DNA of 64,000 bases from positions 62,001 through 126,000 of the forward strand of contig JAAILG010000070.1 in NCBI GenBank assembly GCA_012026655.1, given 5' to 3'. This DNA is from Hydrolagus affinis (Eukaryota). Under the pieces are notes generated by a model. That model ran no database searches and was not told where the DNA came from. It saw only the letters and a list, made by a program, of their open reading frames with translations. The number at the start of each line of letters is the position of its first letter. The stretch's first letter is position 1. A program made the position numbers and the translations under genes. This document shows positions 53,217 through 64,000 of this stretch, piece by piece.

Positions 53217-55369
53217 TACTATGGAATTCCCTCCATCATTGGCAACAGGCAAACAAATCTACAGGCTGTGCTACATTTGCCTTTCCTCCTGATGTAAAAG
53301 GCGCTATACGTATGTAATTTTATTGTTGCTGATCATTCGTAAAGTCCAAAGCAGTTGTATACAGGTTAAGATGGATAAATAAAACCACAAATGGTCTGTG
53401 CATGCATCCCGAGTATTTATTAATTCTATGACTTGCATTTGTTTCAGCTCCTGTAATGGAGAAAGGCACAAAGCACTTTCAATGTTTATGTATATTCTGT
53501 AAAGTGGAGCGACCTTATTTGTAAACAAATGCTCAGCTAAATTGCAAAATTAGTAATGTCCCACAAACAGCTTGAACTGAATTAACAATTTTGTCCAGGG
53601 GTTTATTGGTCAGGACACCTAAACATACGAGACCCATTCAACATCTCACCTGAATACCTGAGGTACTTCACAACAATTACAAAATTACATTGGTACTTCA
53701 TGTCGGGAGGATGTGTCAAGGAGCTGGACAATCATTTGCAAAGTAATTCTTCCTCCTCCTAAAGTACTAGCACAGATGTGCATGCCCATGCATGGTCTCC
53801 TTCTTTCTGTGCTGTAAACATTCTGTGATTCTATCAGAATCAACATGCCAAGTGGTCAGCCAACAGTGTATCCAAAAGCCACTGAATCATCCAGCAGGCA
53901 GTTGTGCATTGGCTGCCAGAATTAACCCGCTGTTGTGTTTGAACAAGTCCCAGGTGGCAAGCACAAGCAGAGACAACCTGCTGTAATAACCAGTTTCTTG
54001 TTGTACAGTCCCAAATTGGAAGAAGCATAAGCATCAAGAGCCAGTTTTAACAGCCCCTTATACATTCCATAATCCTCTTTAGCATTGCTGCCGAACAGCA
54101 ACATATCAAATAGATTGTGTCTTATTTTTAATAGCTTTATCACAGTGCTTTACACCCACTCTGTAAAATCTCCTGCACCAACAGAGAAAGAAACATGACC
54201 TTCAGCACAAAAGGAGGGCTAATCAGCTCATCTAATTCTGTACCATAACAGAATTAAGTTCCCATATGATACTCCAGCCTGGTCAACCATTCTCTCTCTT
54301 TTCTCCTCCACACCAATATGCACACAATTAAGATTATAGTATCTTATCAACACCTAAATTCAATAATGGCCCTTCACTGAATGGTCGGTGTCTGTGCAGT
54401 AACATTCTATCTTGCAATACAACACACAAAGCAGCCCTGTGTTGAGTGTTGAACAAATGAATTGGGCTGGAAAAAGGTCTCTTATCTCAAAATGGAAGTT
54501 TTGAATGGCTGTGGGTGGCAAAAGGGCTCCTTTTTCTGCCTCTAATAGATAAGTTTCTGAAGTTGGAGAGGGAAGGCAGGGAGGATAGAGTTAAGAAACA
54601 TTTGGAAATTAGTTTTAAAGATAGATGTTGAACTTGCAGTGAAATGCATAGAGAACGTAGCCCAAACCCAGTGCACTCTGCATCACCTGGACCCTCAGCA
54701 ACACAGTGCCTAATTATACACCTAATTCCTCACATAAAACATTACGTCAGAGACTAAAAGCCAAGAAAACTGGTAATTTCTCAAAAGAATCAAACTGAAA
54801 GGCAGAGAACAAAACAGAATAGTACACATTTCAATCCAGGATTCGTGAAATTTGCATTGAAACCTGCTTTACAGACGGTAATAGATACAGCGTGTCTACT
54901 TAGTGTTAAGCTCACAAAACATTATAACTGGGAGAGTTCGACATTATGCTGAAATGCCCAAATTCTATTGTGCAGTTGCAAATAATCAGACTTCAGTCAC
55001 TGCAGCTGAAGAACAAGGGAATTGATGGCCGCGTAACATTATTAAAGAGGGAATAGATAGCTGCAGTGCACGGTCACTTCCGATGATGAGTTACAAACCC
55101 AACCAACATTCTGCTTCAATGGCATTCTTCGTGAATTGTTGTGCAGAGCAATTCTCAGGGAATCTCTTTGCATGAAGGGATGGAACACAATGGGTGCAAA
55201 TGCCAAAATAAACACATACAATTCAATCCATGTCATTAAATAAAATCCCCAAATATACCACTCTTGACACCATCAACTTTTTATATTGTATAAGTAGATA
55301 ATTTGAAGTGTGCTTTCCAATTGATTTCAAGCCTGAAAACTCACAGCTTCCATTAAAGTTTGTTCTTTG

Positions 55370-55643
55370 AACGGCTTTGCCTCCTCCTAGCTCTCTGACC
55401 TGCTGACCCCCTACCAACCTGTTTGCTCCCTCCGTTCAACAGGCTCCAGCCTGCTCCATGTCTCCCTCCTTTCCTACCATACCTTCAGCCGTCCTCCTAC
55501 CTCTCTGCCCTCTCTCATCCCAAACCTGCTCCTCAACCTCCAACTCCCATTCTTGGACCGTGACCTCTGACTGTTCAGCGCCTTAGAATATCCTCTCAAC
55601 GTGAAAGGCTCTCTAAAAATGTAATTTTCTTGTTGTTTTTGTT
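55370..55643 (+). mobile_element. L2-type 3' end
   Basis: C-rich body ending CAGCGCCTT...ACGTGAAAGGC...TTGTTG. Confidence 0.65.
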
Positions 55644-55729
55644 GAAAAAGCTGCTGATCACATGAAATAAATTCAGCAACGAATGTGCTAGGTTCGAGAC
55701 AAAGCAGTTCAGTTGAATCAAGAGGCTGT

Positions 55730-56130
55730 GTAGATTTGGTTACCTTCTCTCTAACTGAGGAAATTAGGGAGTAACCGGATTCATGTATTTAAAATAATAG
55801 ACATTGGGATAGTTCATTTTGGAAGAGGGAATAAAACAAGGGGCACAATTAGGGTTGCTGGAAGTGAGATAAGATCAGACGATATTTTGTCACACTGAAG
55901 GTTTCATAAGAAATGCGACACAAATAAAGACCAAGGTCACACCTAGTTCTCCTTCCACCTTCTTGGCGATCGCATGTAGATGTATCCTGAACCACCTGAA
56001 GAAGAATGTAATAAATGTTGGAAAGAGATTGTGGCCTGCATTGGCCCAGATGTAGAATCAATTGGAATGTTTAAAATGGGAATAAATACGACTGAAATAA
56101 AGAAAGATAAGGAAATCAGATGAGAAGATC
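55730..56130 (+). mobile_element. Old CR1 remnant
   Basis: Degenerate RL..LG..SL..R..RG and TRGH motifs. Confidence 0.5.
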
Positions 56131-56324
56131 TGCCACTGATCGAATAAAACAGATGAAGTTATAGATAGAAATGCTACTTAGGTGCCTAGAGAAACACTGA
56201 AAAGACCCTCTCTGTACTATAAAATTTTAATGTGCATCATACACTGGTAATTAATAATGGATTGGGAGGTGGGCTTGATTATCTTTAGAAAAGCAATCAA
56301 TATTTTAGTTCCAAATAAGAATGT

Positions 56325-56960
56325 TGCAAAACCTGCATTTTTACAGCACTGTCATGCAGGATAATGTGTCTGAGCGCTTGAAAAACCCAGAGTGAAACAC
56401 CGAGCAAGGAAGCAGAAAGGCTAGATGATCATAGATGTGGTTAAAGTGGAACGTTTTGAGGTAGGAATTAAAGAGGCTGGGTTAAAGACGATCAAGAGGT
56501 AGGGTGCTCCAGAGGTATGGGGCATAATAACTGAAGGTTCTGGTACTGATTGAGGCATAGAAGGGACATATAACAGGCCTGAGTTAGCTAAGCGGAGGAG
56601 ATGAGTAGAGGATCCCAGAGATAGGATCCTTTACAGGCATAGGTGGTGAGCGATTATAGGTGAGGATAAGGACAATAGTCTATTTGTTGTGAGACAAGAC
56701 GCCAATAGGGCCTGTGGTGCAGAGCATGTGAAGTTTGCTGTGTGTAGTGGATCAGAGATAAGGAGAGGGCTGCGAGGCTGAAGAGGTCAGTGAAACGGCC
56801 AAAGACGTTGATAGGAGCCAAGGATCATCCTGGCCTGGTATGCAAGTGGATAGAACACCAGTGGACTTGGAATCAAGAGTGGATTAACCTCAGCATAGAA
56901 ACTGCCATCGGATGCCGGATTACATCAGTTCTCAGTTTATGTCGTTGGTTCATTCTTAAA
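56325..56960 (-). mobile_element. Old L2-type remnant
   Basis: Purine-rich degenerate L2-like body ending in a reversed ...AAATGCAGG tail. Confidence 0.45.
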
Positions 56961-57117
56961 TTTCACTTGTCATTTTTATATTAAAAAATCATGCAGAGTT
57001 TCAATACTCCATGATATTCTTGTCACTCCAGGTTATCAACCCATAAGATGGCAAGTTTGCTCATGTCTGTGCAACAGCACTGATTGAAGGGTAGAGCATT
57101 GCATCAAGCAAAAAAAG

Positions 57118-57463
57118 ATCTTGCATTTTTTTTAAATGGCTCCTTATCTTGTCAATGTCTCAAAGTGCTTCACAGGTAATTACTATCGAGTGCAGTTGCT
57201 AACGTGGCAGCCATTTATGCACAGCAAGGTCAGACAAGAGTTATGAGGTGAATGATCTGGTGAATTATTGTCCAGACATTGGGACAATTTTTTTTAATTG
57301 TAAACAGAGTCATGGGACCGTTAATGTTTACCTGAAAAGGCAAACTAGATCTAGTGAAGACAGCAACAATGCAGCACTCATCCTGTATTGCACAAATGCA
57401 TTAGCCTGGACAATATCAACATGGAGTTTAACCTACACAGAATCGAGAGCAATACCAACTGAA
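57118..57463 (-). mobile_element. Old DeuSINE
   Basis: GTGGCAGCCATTTATGCACAGCAAG and other reversed Deu-domain motifs. Confidence 0.6.
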
Positions 57464-59400
57464 TAGAAGAGGCAGTTGCTGAGCAGATCGGCCTGGGTGC
57501 AGTCTTGCTTTATACTCCTGTTGTACTATTGTGCGTTTCATGGGGAAAATCATTTTTGGTGGTATCTCAGTGCAGTGTAACACAATGGGAGTCGTTAAGT
57601 TTCAGGGAGCCTGGTTCTTTTTAACTGATGCCCCAACGCAATTCAGATTTCCTGCTCCATATCTCTACTGTTAACCAAAAAAATGAAATCCATAAATCCA
57701 GCCACCTAATTGCTGTTAGGTCTTCAAATCTTTTCATCCCCAGAGGAATATTTAGATACCAAGAGCATTCTAGAATTATTTCAATCTATTACCACACCCT
57801 TAATCTTCTTGTTTCGCCAGGAGAGGCCGAGATGCAGCACTCTGACAGTAATATTACGATCTCTCCATTTGAGCAATGTGCTCATATACATGTCTCACTT
57901 CATTCGAATAAGCCAAGACGCAGGGGAAATAGAGCTTCTGAGTTGAAACACAACTCTCTAAAACAGTGTTACAATCAATAATTTTCATAACACCTTTCGT
58001 TGTAAAAGACCTCAACCCACCGCAGTCATTCAAAATACTTACAATAAGTCATTAATTCCAGGTAGGAATCTTAATACAGAAATCCTCTTAATCACCTGCC
58101 ACTTAACATGGGTATGGTTTCCTCTATCCACATTATTAAAAGCACCGAGAATGCAATGTGTTGCTGTCCCACGGTGGATTTTAATCTCATGGATTGAGGC
58201 GGTGGGGTGGGGGGAAGGAATGGAAAAATAAGAGAATAAGGAAGAGAAAAATCACTGTCAAAAGCTCATACTTCAATCTACCAACTAACAACCTGCAAGA
58301 TCATAAAAACAATTTGTGAAAGTTCGGTACCCACAATCGCCCTTGGGTGAGGCAGCAACGACTAAAATAGAACCACATAATGGTCAATCTTTAGCAGGGA
58401 TAGGGAAAGAAATCACTATAAAATAACTGGGGGGAGGGGGCGAAAAAGGGGAAGAAACAATCCCTTTCTTCCTGTGCACATGAAGGATTAAGGACGAGTT
58501 TTCCTGATTTGTTCAGCTTTAACAGATAGAACCTGCTCTATGCTTCAGCAAAGATAACCATTCCTTTAAATAAAAATACAAACACATTCCCCATTCAGTC
58601 AATTTATAAATATATTATTTTTTAAATGTACACTGATAGAGAATAAGCACAGTATAGCAGGCAAATAATTGAGAAGACACACAAAGCCTTCCTACAGAAC
58701 AATGTATCACCAACTGACCAGCCGTGCTCTCTGGAAATATAAAGCTTTCCTTTCAATACTTTTATCGACCATCTTTCAGCTAAATAAAGACAGGACACCT
58801 TCAAATTACACGATTCTTACTCAATTTATAGCAGACGCAACATTTCGCTTGCTGAAGTCAATCATAGCCAGTGCTGCCACTCCCAATTCCATACAGCACA
58901 TGAAAATTTGATGGATCTAAGAGAACCTGAAGCCCTAGATTCCAGGTCATTACTGCATAGTGGATGTAATATAGACTTTTTACCTTGAGGTACACTGGCT
59001 CTCCCAATGCTCAGTAATCGAAGTCCAGTAGAGCAGATTACATTGAATTTTTATTCATTAAATTTTAAGGTAGAAAGAGCAGAAAGGTTTGAAGCCCTGC
59101 AGATATTCGGTGTGATCAAATAGGCAATGCCGGAAATGCAAAGTGGATCTGTCAAAATCCAGTTTGATCAGAAAAGTGATCTTTCATCAACAGGGAATTA
59201 ATTCTGCATTTCTAACACTCTCCCAACTCTCTTCAACGTTCAGATCCAGTTTCTATACAAAATCACTAAGTAATTCTTGGTCAAGCAAGATTAACGATTA
59301 GGAAAGTGCACAATCAGTTTGCAATTATAATTGACCTGTGTCCTGTGTGTTTGAAGGGGTGGGGAGATGCAAGGCACATTTTGTAGAATCTTTACCATAA

Positions 59401-59713
59401 GAATAATAATAATCCTTGCATTTGACATAGTGCTTTTCACGTCTTCTAGACGTCTCAAAGCGCTTCACAGAATATACTGCAAGGTGAATTGACTGTATAC
59501 ATGCGGGCAAAACGCAGCAGCCAATTGCGCACAGCAGTGTCCCGCAAACAGAGTCGTGCTTTGAAATGACCAATTTTATTATTATTTTTTGGAGGGATAA
59601 TTATTAGGCATGTGGAGAAAGGAAACTTGCCCAAGGTTTCGTCCTGACCTGGCTAAATTTGAACAAGGTCTCACGCTTGCAAAACGAGTGCTCTAACCAT
59701 TGAGCTACAGGAC
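59401..59713 (-). mobile_element. Young SINE, full length
   Basis: Reverse complement of head, body and tail. Confidence 0.92.
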
Positions 59714-59715
59714 AT

Positions 59716-60050
59716 GTTGAAATGTCTCAAAGCACTTCACAAGTAATTCCTGGTACATGTAGTGGTAGGAACACGTACCAGGAATCAGCAAGGTCTCACA
59801 GACAACAAGAACATGTATGACTAATTTATCTTAAAGAATGTTGGCCACAGCACTGGGAAAAGCTTCTTTTCTCTTTTAAAAAAAAATAATGTTAACGGAT
59901 CCTTAATGTTCACTTGAACAGGCAGAGGAGACCTTAGTTCAAACTCTCATCCAAAGAATAGCACTTCCACCATTGTAACATTTCCTTGTGACGCCTTAAA
60001 CTATGAGCTAAGTCCCAATATAGGGGCTTATTGGACCCACAACATTCTGC
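59716..60050 (-). mobile_element. Old DeuSINE
   Basis: GTTGGCCACAGCACTGGGA...GAACAGGCAGAGG...CTCATCCAAAGAATAGCAC...CCCACAAC. Confidence 0.65.
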
Positions 60051-60071
60051 TCCAGGTCTGATACATACATA

Positions 60072-61010
60072 TTATAGAATCATATGGCACAAAAGGAGGC
60101 CATTCGGCCCATCTAGTCTGTGCCGGCTCTTTGAACAGAGCAACTCAATCCCACTGCCCAGCTTTCTCCCCATAACCTAACCTAAGAGACCTGCTCTTCC
60201 TAAATAAAGATCTAGTTCCCTTTAAAAGCTGTTATGGAATTGGCCTCCACCACCTTTTCAGGCAACGCATTCCATATTCGAACAACCCGCTGAGTGAAAA
60301 AAATTCTCCTCTGCTTCGTTTTGAAACTATTTTAAATCTGTGACCAAGAGTCAGATTCGCCCACCAATGGAACCAGTCTTTCCCTATCCACCCTGTCGAA
60401 ACCTCTCATAATCTTATAAACCTCTATTAGGTCTCCTCTCAATCTTCTTTGTTCTAGAGAGAATAAGCCTAGCCTATCTAGCCTTTCCTCGTAGCTGAAG
60501 TCCCTCATTCCCGGTACCATCCTGGTAAATCTCCTTTGCACCCTTTCCAATGCCTTAATATCCTTCCTAAAGTGTAGTGACCAGAATTGTATACAGTATG
60601 CCAGCTGAGGCCTAACCAAACTCTTATAGAGGTTAATCAGCACTTCCTGACTTTTGTATTCTATATCCCTATTTATAAAGCCTAGTATCCCATATGCCTT
60701 CTTAACGGCTTTGTCCACTGTCCTGCCACTTTCAAAAAGTCACTAACACAAATCCCCAGAAATCTCTGTTCCTTCACACCCTTTAAAATTGTACTATCAG
60801 CGCCTTGGGACGTCCTCTCGACGTGAAAGGCGCTTAATAAATGTAAGATTTGTTGTTTGTTATATTGCCTCCCCTCATTTCTTCTCACAAAGTGTATCAT
60901 CTCACACTTTTCTGTATTAAACTTCATCTGCCATGTGTCTGCCCACTTTACCATTTTATCTATATCCTCTAGCAGATGGCTACTATCCTCCTCACTATTT
61001 ACTATTCTAT
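60072..61010 (-). mobile_element. CR1 LINE 3' fragment (with an L2-type tail inserted at ~60797-60862)
   Basis: KWADTWQMKFNTEKCE and LYKSLVRPQLAYCIQFWS...LERVQRRFTRMVPGMRDFSYEERLDRLGLFSLEQRRLRGDLIEVYKIM. Confidence 0.93.
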
Positions 61011-61169
61011 AAATAGTTACGTATATAAATACATATACAGTAGAACCTCGGTAACTCGACCATCCACGGGACCACGACCAGATGGTTGCGTTTGTGGGGA
61101 GGTCGCGTTAGTGAGGTGTCGATTCTGCTGGATGGAAGATTAAACTATTGGCCACCGTCCATGCAGAGT

Positions 61170-61855
61170 AAGAGAGGCCGGGGAGGGGGGGGTTACTCGA
61201 GGCTGGGGAGGCGGGGTACTCGAGGCTGGGGGTGGGGAGAAAGAATACTAATAGCAACAAGGAATAGGCCATTCTGCCATTTAGACCAAGCTGGGGAGAC
61301 CTGTGTTCGAATCCAGGCAGGTCAGGGCGAAACTTTGGGCAAGTTTCATTACTCCACATGCCTAATAATAATCCCTCCAAAAAAAACACAATAATAAAAT
61401 TGGTCATTTCAATCCACGACTGTTTGTGGGACACTGCTGTGCGCAATTGGCTGCCGCGATTCGCCCACAAATATACAGTCAAGTCACTTTACAGTATATT
61501 CTGTGAAGCGCTTTGGGATGTCGATTAGATGTGAAAAGCGCTATATCAAATGCAAGGATTATTATTATTATTATTATTAACTAAATCATGGCTGATCGTA
61601 ACCTCAGCTAATCCTTTCAATTCCAATTACTCGAGGCCGGGGAGTCTCGGGGGAGGGGGAAATACATGAGGTCGGCGAGGGAGAGAGGATACTTGAGACC
61701 AGGGAGCGCGTGTCTGGAGGCTGAGGGAGAGAGGGATACTCGAAGGAGGTGTCTCGGAGCCGGGGAGTGGGGATACTCGAGGCCGGGGGGGAAGGGGATA
61801 CTCAAAGGAGGTGACTCGGAGCAGGGAAGTGGGGATACTCGAGGCCGGGGGAATG
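61170..61855 (+). repeat. G-rich minisatellite (~25-nt unit GGATACTCGAGGCCGGGGAGGGG), interrupted by CR1/SINE
   Basis: About 9 degenerate TACTCGAGG-containing units. Confidence 0.8.
61284..61579 (+). mobile_element. Young SINE, 5'-truncated, nested in a CR1 tail inside a Tigger-like element
   Basis: Nearly identical to the 20789-21133 copy. Confidence 0.92.
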
Positions 61856-64000
61856 TTCAGGGCTACGGGGCCGGATGCTCCGTTACCTGAAGCTTCTCTT
61901 CGTTTTTACTGTCTGACAAAGCGGCTGCTCACGTGACCTCTTCAAATCCTCGCCGCCATCTTGTCTTGGTGACGCCACACCGCAGCCTGATTGGCCAGAG
62001 TGGTTGCGTTAGGACTATGAAAATATTGTTTGGGACCGCCAAATCAGTGGCCGCGGTCTGGGAACTGGAGTGGTTGAGTCAGTGAGGTTTATTTAACTGG
62101 AAATTAGTTAGGAAATATTCGGGACCGACTCTGACTGGTCGCCTAGGATGGGTGGTCGCGCCACTGCGGTGGTCGCCAAACGAGGTTCTACTGTATTATA
62201 TATGATACAATATAAGTTGGTTGAGAGCAAGGCTTGATGGAAATTATTCAACATCAGATAGCTAAACCAATCATCAAATGAGGGCATCAAGATTTTAAAT
62301 TACTTTCAATACTCCTGGGTGAATTTTTCATTTCATTGAATCATGGAATTTTTTTAAAAATAGATCTTATTTAATATTGGTTTCCTATTTTTAAATGGAT
62401 CGGTACATTTGAAAGGTTAAAATGTTTTGTTTTTGTAAAAAAAATTCACTCCCTGCTGGTAATTTATTAGTTTGAAACAAAAGCTCATCACCTTATGTTC
62501 AGATTTCATGGGGAACGAATCCACGGGACTTATTTGTATAAACATTCAAACAGTAAAAGCATCCAGTCAAGTCTGCGATAAACCTAGCACAAGTCCTACT
62601 CAGCTGGATTCTCAATATAAACCCTTCACACTTCACCCCAAAAATATAAAATCAATTCACTTTACTGTATATTCTGTGAAGTGCTTTGAGACATCTCAAT
62701 GGCGTGAAAAGGCACTATATCAAAAATTGCAAAAATTGTTATTTGAATCAAACTTATATATATCAGCACCTTGGGATGTCCTCCGGACGTGAAAGGCGCT
62801 ATATAAATGTAATTTGGGTGTTGTTGTATTAGTTATAGGTTCCTTTCCAGACTGAAAATTCAACAATAATTCCATTGAGACGTTTTTCTTTTAAAAAAAA
62901 GGTACTGTTGGCCATTGTTCGACAGCCCAATTCTCCCCTCTCCTCTGGTCAATGGTTCCTATTCCACAGGTACCAGCTATCCAACAACAGCTTCAACCAA
63001 ATAGCCATTCTTTATGTGCGAGATCAGCCTGGACATCACTGCCTACTCAAACAGCGTACACACTTAATTCAAGCAGGGGATAGTTGATGGTGATCAGCAG
63101 CAGTCAATTAAACACAAACATGGACAAGGTAATAGAGTCTGACCTCTGTCCACATTCTCTAGTTGGTTGCACATAGTCCTGCAGAGCAAATACAATCCTT
63201 AATGAAAGTACAGTATTAAACTCCTAATTTTCACAAATGCACATTAGACATTATGAATACATATGAACGGGAATCCATCATTTTAACCCAGATAGAGGTA
63301 CAGATTATACTGAACACTAATTCTTTATTTGTAGCCACATTGAATGCAATCTTTTAAAGTTAATCTTCCATAACGTTTTGCAGTGAAATACACCACATGC
63401 AAAAACAGCAATACAACCACATTATGCCCATACTTTCAACAATGCTGGCTCTAACAAGTTAATGGATTGAAATAGTTTTCAAACTCCATCACAATCTTTC
63501 GCATTAAAATAACTTCCATTTGTCTGCTGTCCAACAGCAACATATTAAAGAGTAGAAACTAACAACCAAAAACAGAACAGTTAAGCAGGAGATTAAATTT
63601 ATCTGCACTCAATTGCACTGCGCTGACCACTTTTGCAGGCAAGAATTTTCACACATTAGTTACAGTTACCCATAAGGCCAGTCCATTGGCAGAACTTTGT
63701 CAAATCCAACCGTTCCACTCTTGCCTCCGCTAAATCGGCGTTCTACTCTTATGACAATCCCAGGCTCCTCTTCTCCATCACCAACTCACTAAGCCAGTCC
63801 GGAACTTTGGTGTCTTGTTCAACCCTCAACTCCCCCAATTAGATGTGAACACCAACTAGGTCCAGGACACTGCACTGAAACATCAACATCTTATAAGTGA
63901 GTAGTCAAATTGCCCAGAAAGAGAAATAAGCGCAGCAGCCTCACCAAACACACAACACAGAAAAACAGCTGGTCTTTTCATGATTCTCCTTTACAACTAC

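Larger units (their letters stand above)
61038..62193. mobile_element. Tigger-like non-autonomous element (family C) with nested insertions
   Basis: TA|CAGTAGAACCTCG ... CGAGGTTCTACTG|TA; CpG-rich interior. Confidence 0.9.

Overview
Eukaryotic vertebrate genomic DNA. The repeat content (Deu-domain tRNA-SINEs, CR1, L2, Penelope-type repeats, Tigger and hAT MITEs) points to a cartilaginous fish. The only convincing protein-coding sequence is the large first coding exon of calpain-15 (CAPN15/SOLH) on the minus strand (CDS 18348-16822, 509 codons, six RanBP2/NZF-type zinc fingers). I found no protease-domain exon between 16821 and position 1, so it probably lies outside the window. The rest is CAPN15 intron and 5'-UTR territory filled with retroposon and DNA-transposon remnants, plus one tRNA-Gly(CCC)-like gene and a 100-N assembly gap. 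The most interesting untested observations: a uORF-containing candidate UTR exon caged by an inverted MITE pair (51.0-53.2 kb); a promoter and first-exon-like module inside a Tigger-like element in CAPN15 sense (~61.9 kb); a 23-nt frameshifting candidate microexon (12367-12389); a tRNA-Gly with a co-varied acceptor stem; and decayed hammerhead-ribozyme cores. Nothing here is prokaryotic and there is no CRISPR array. Repeat boundaries were read by eye and are approximate.
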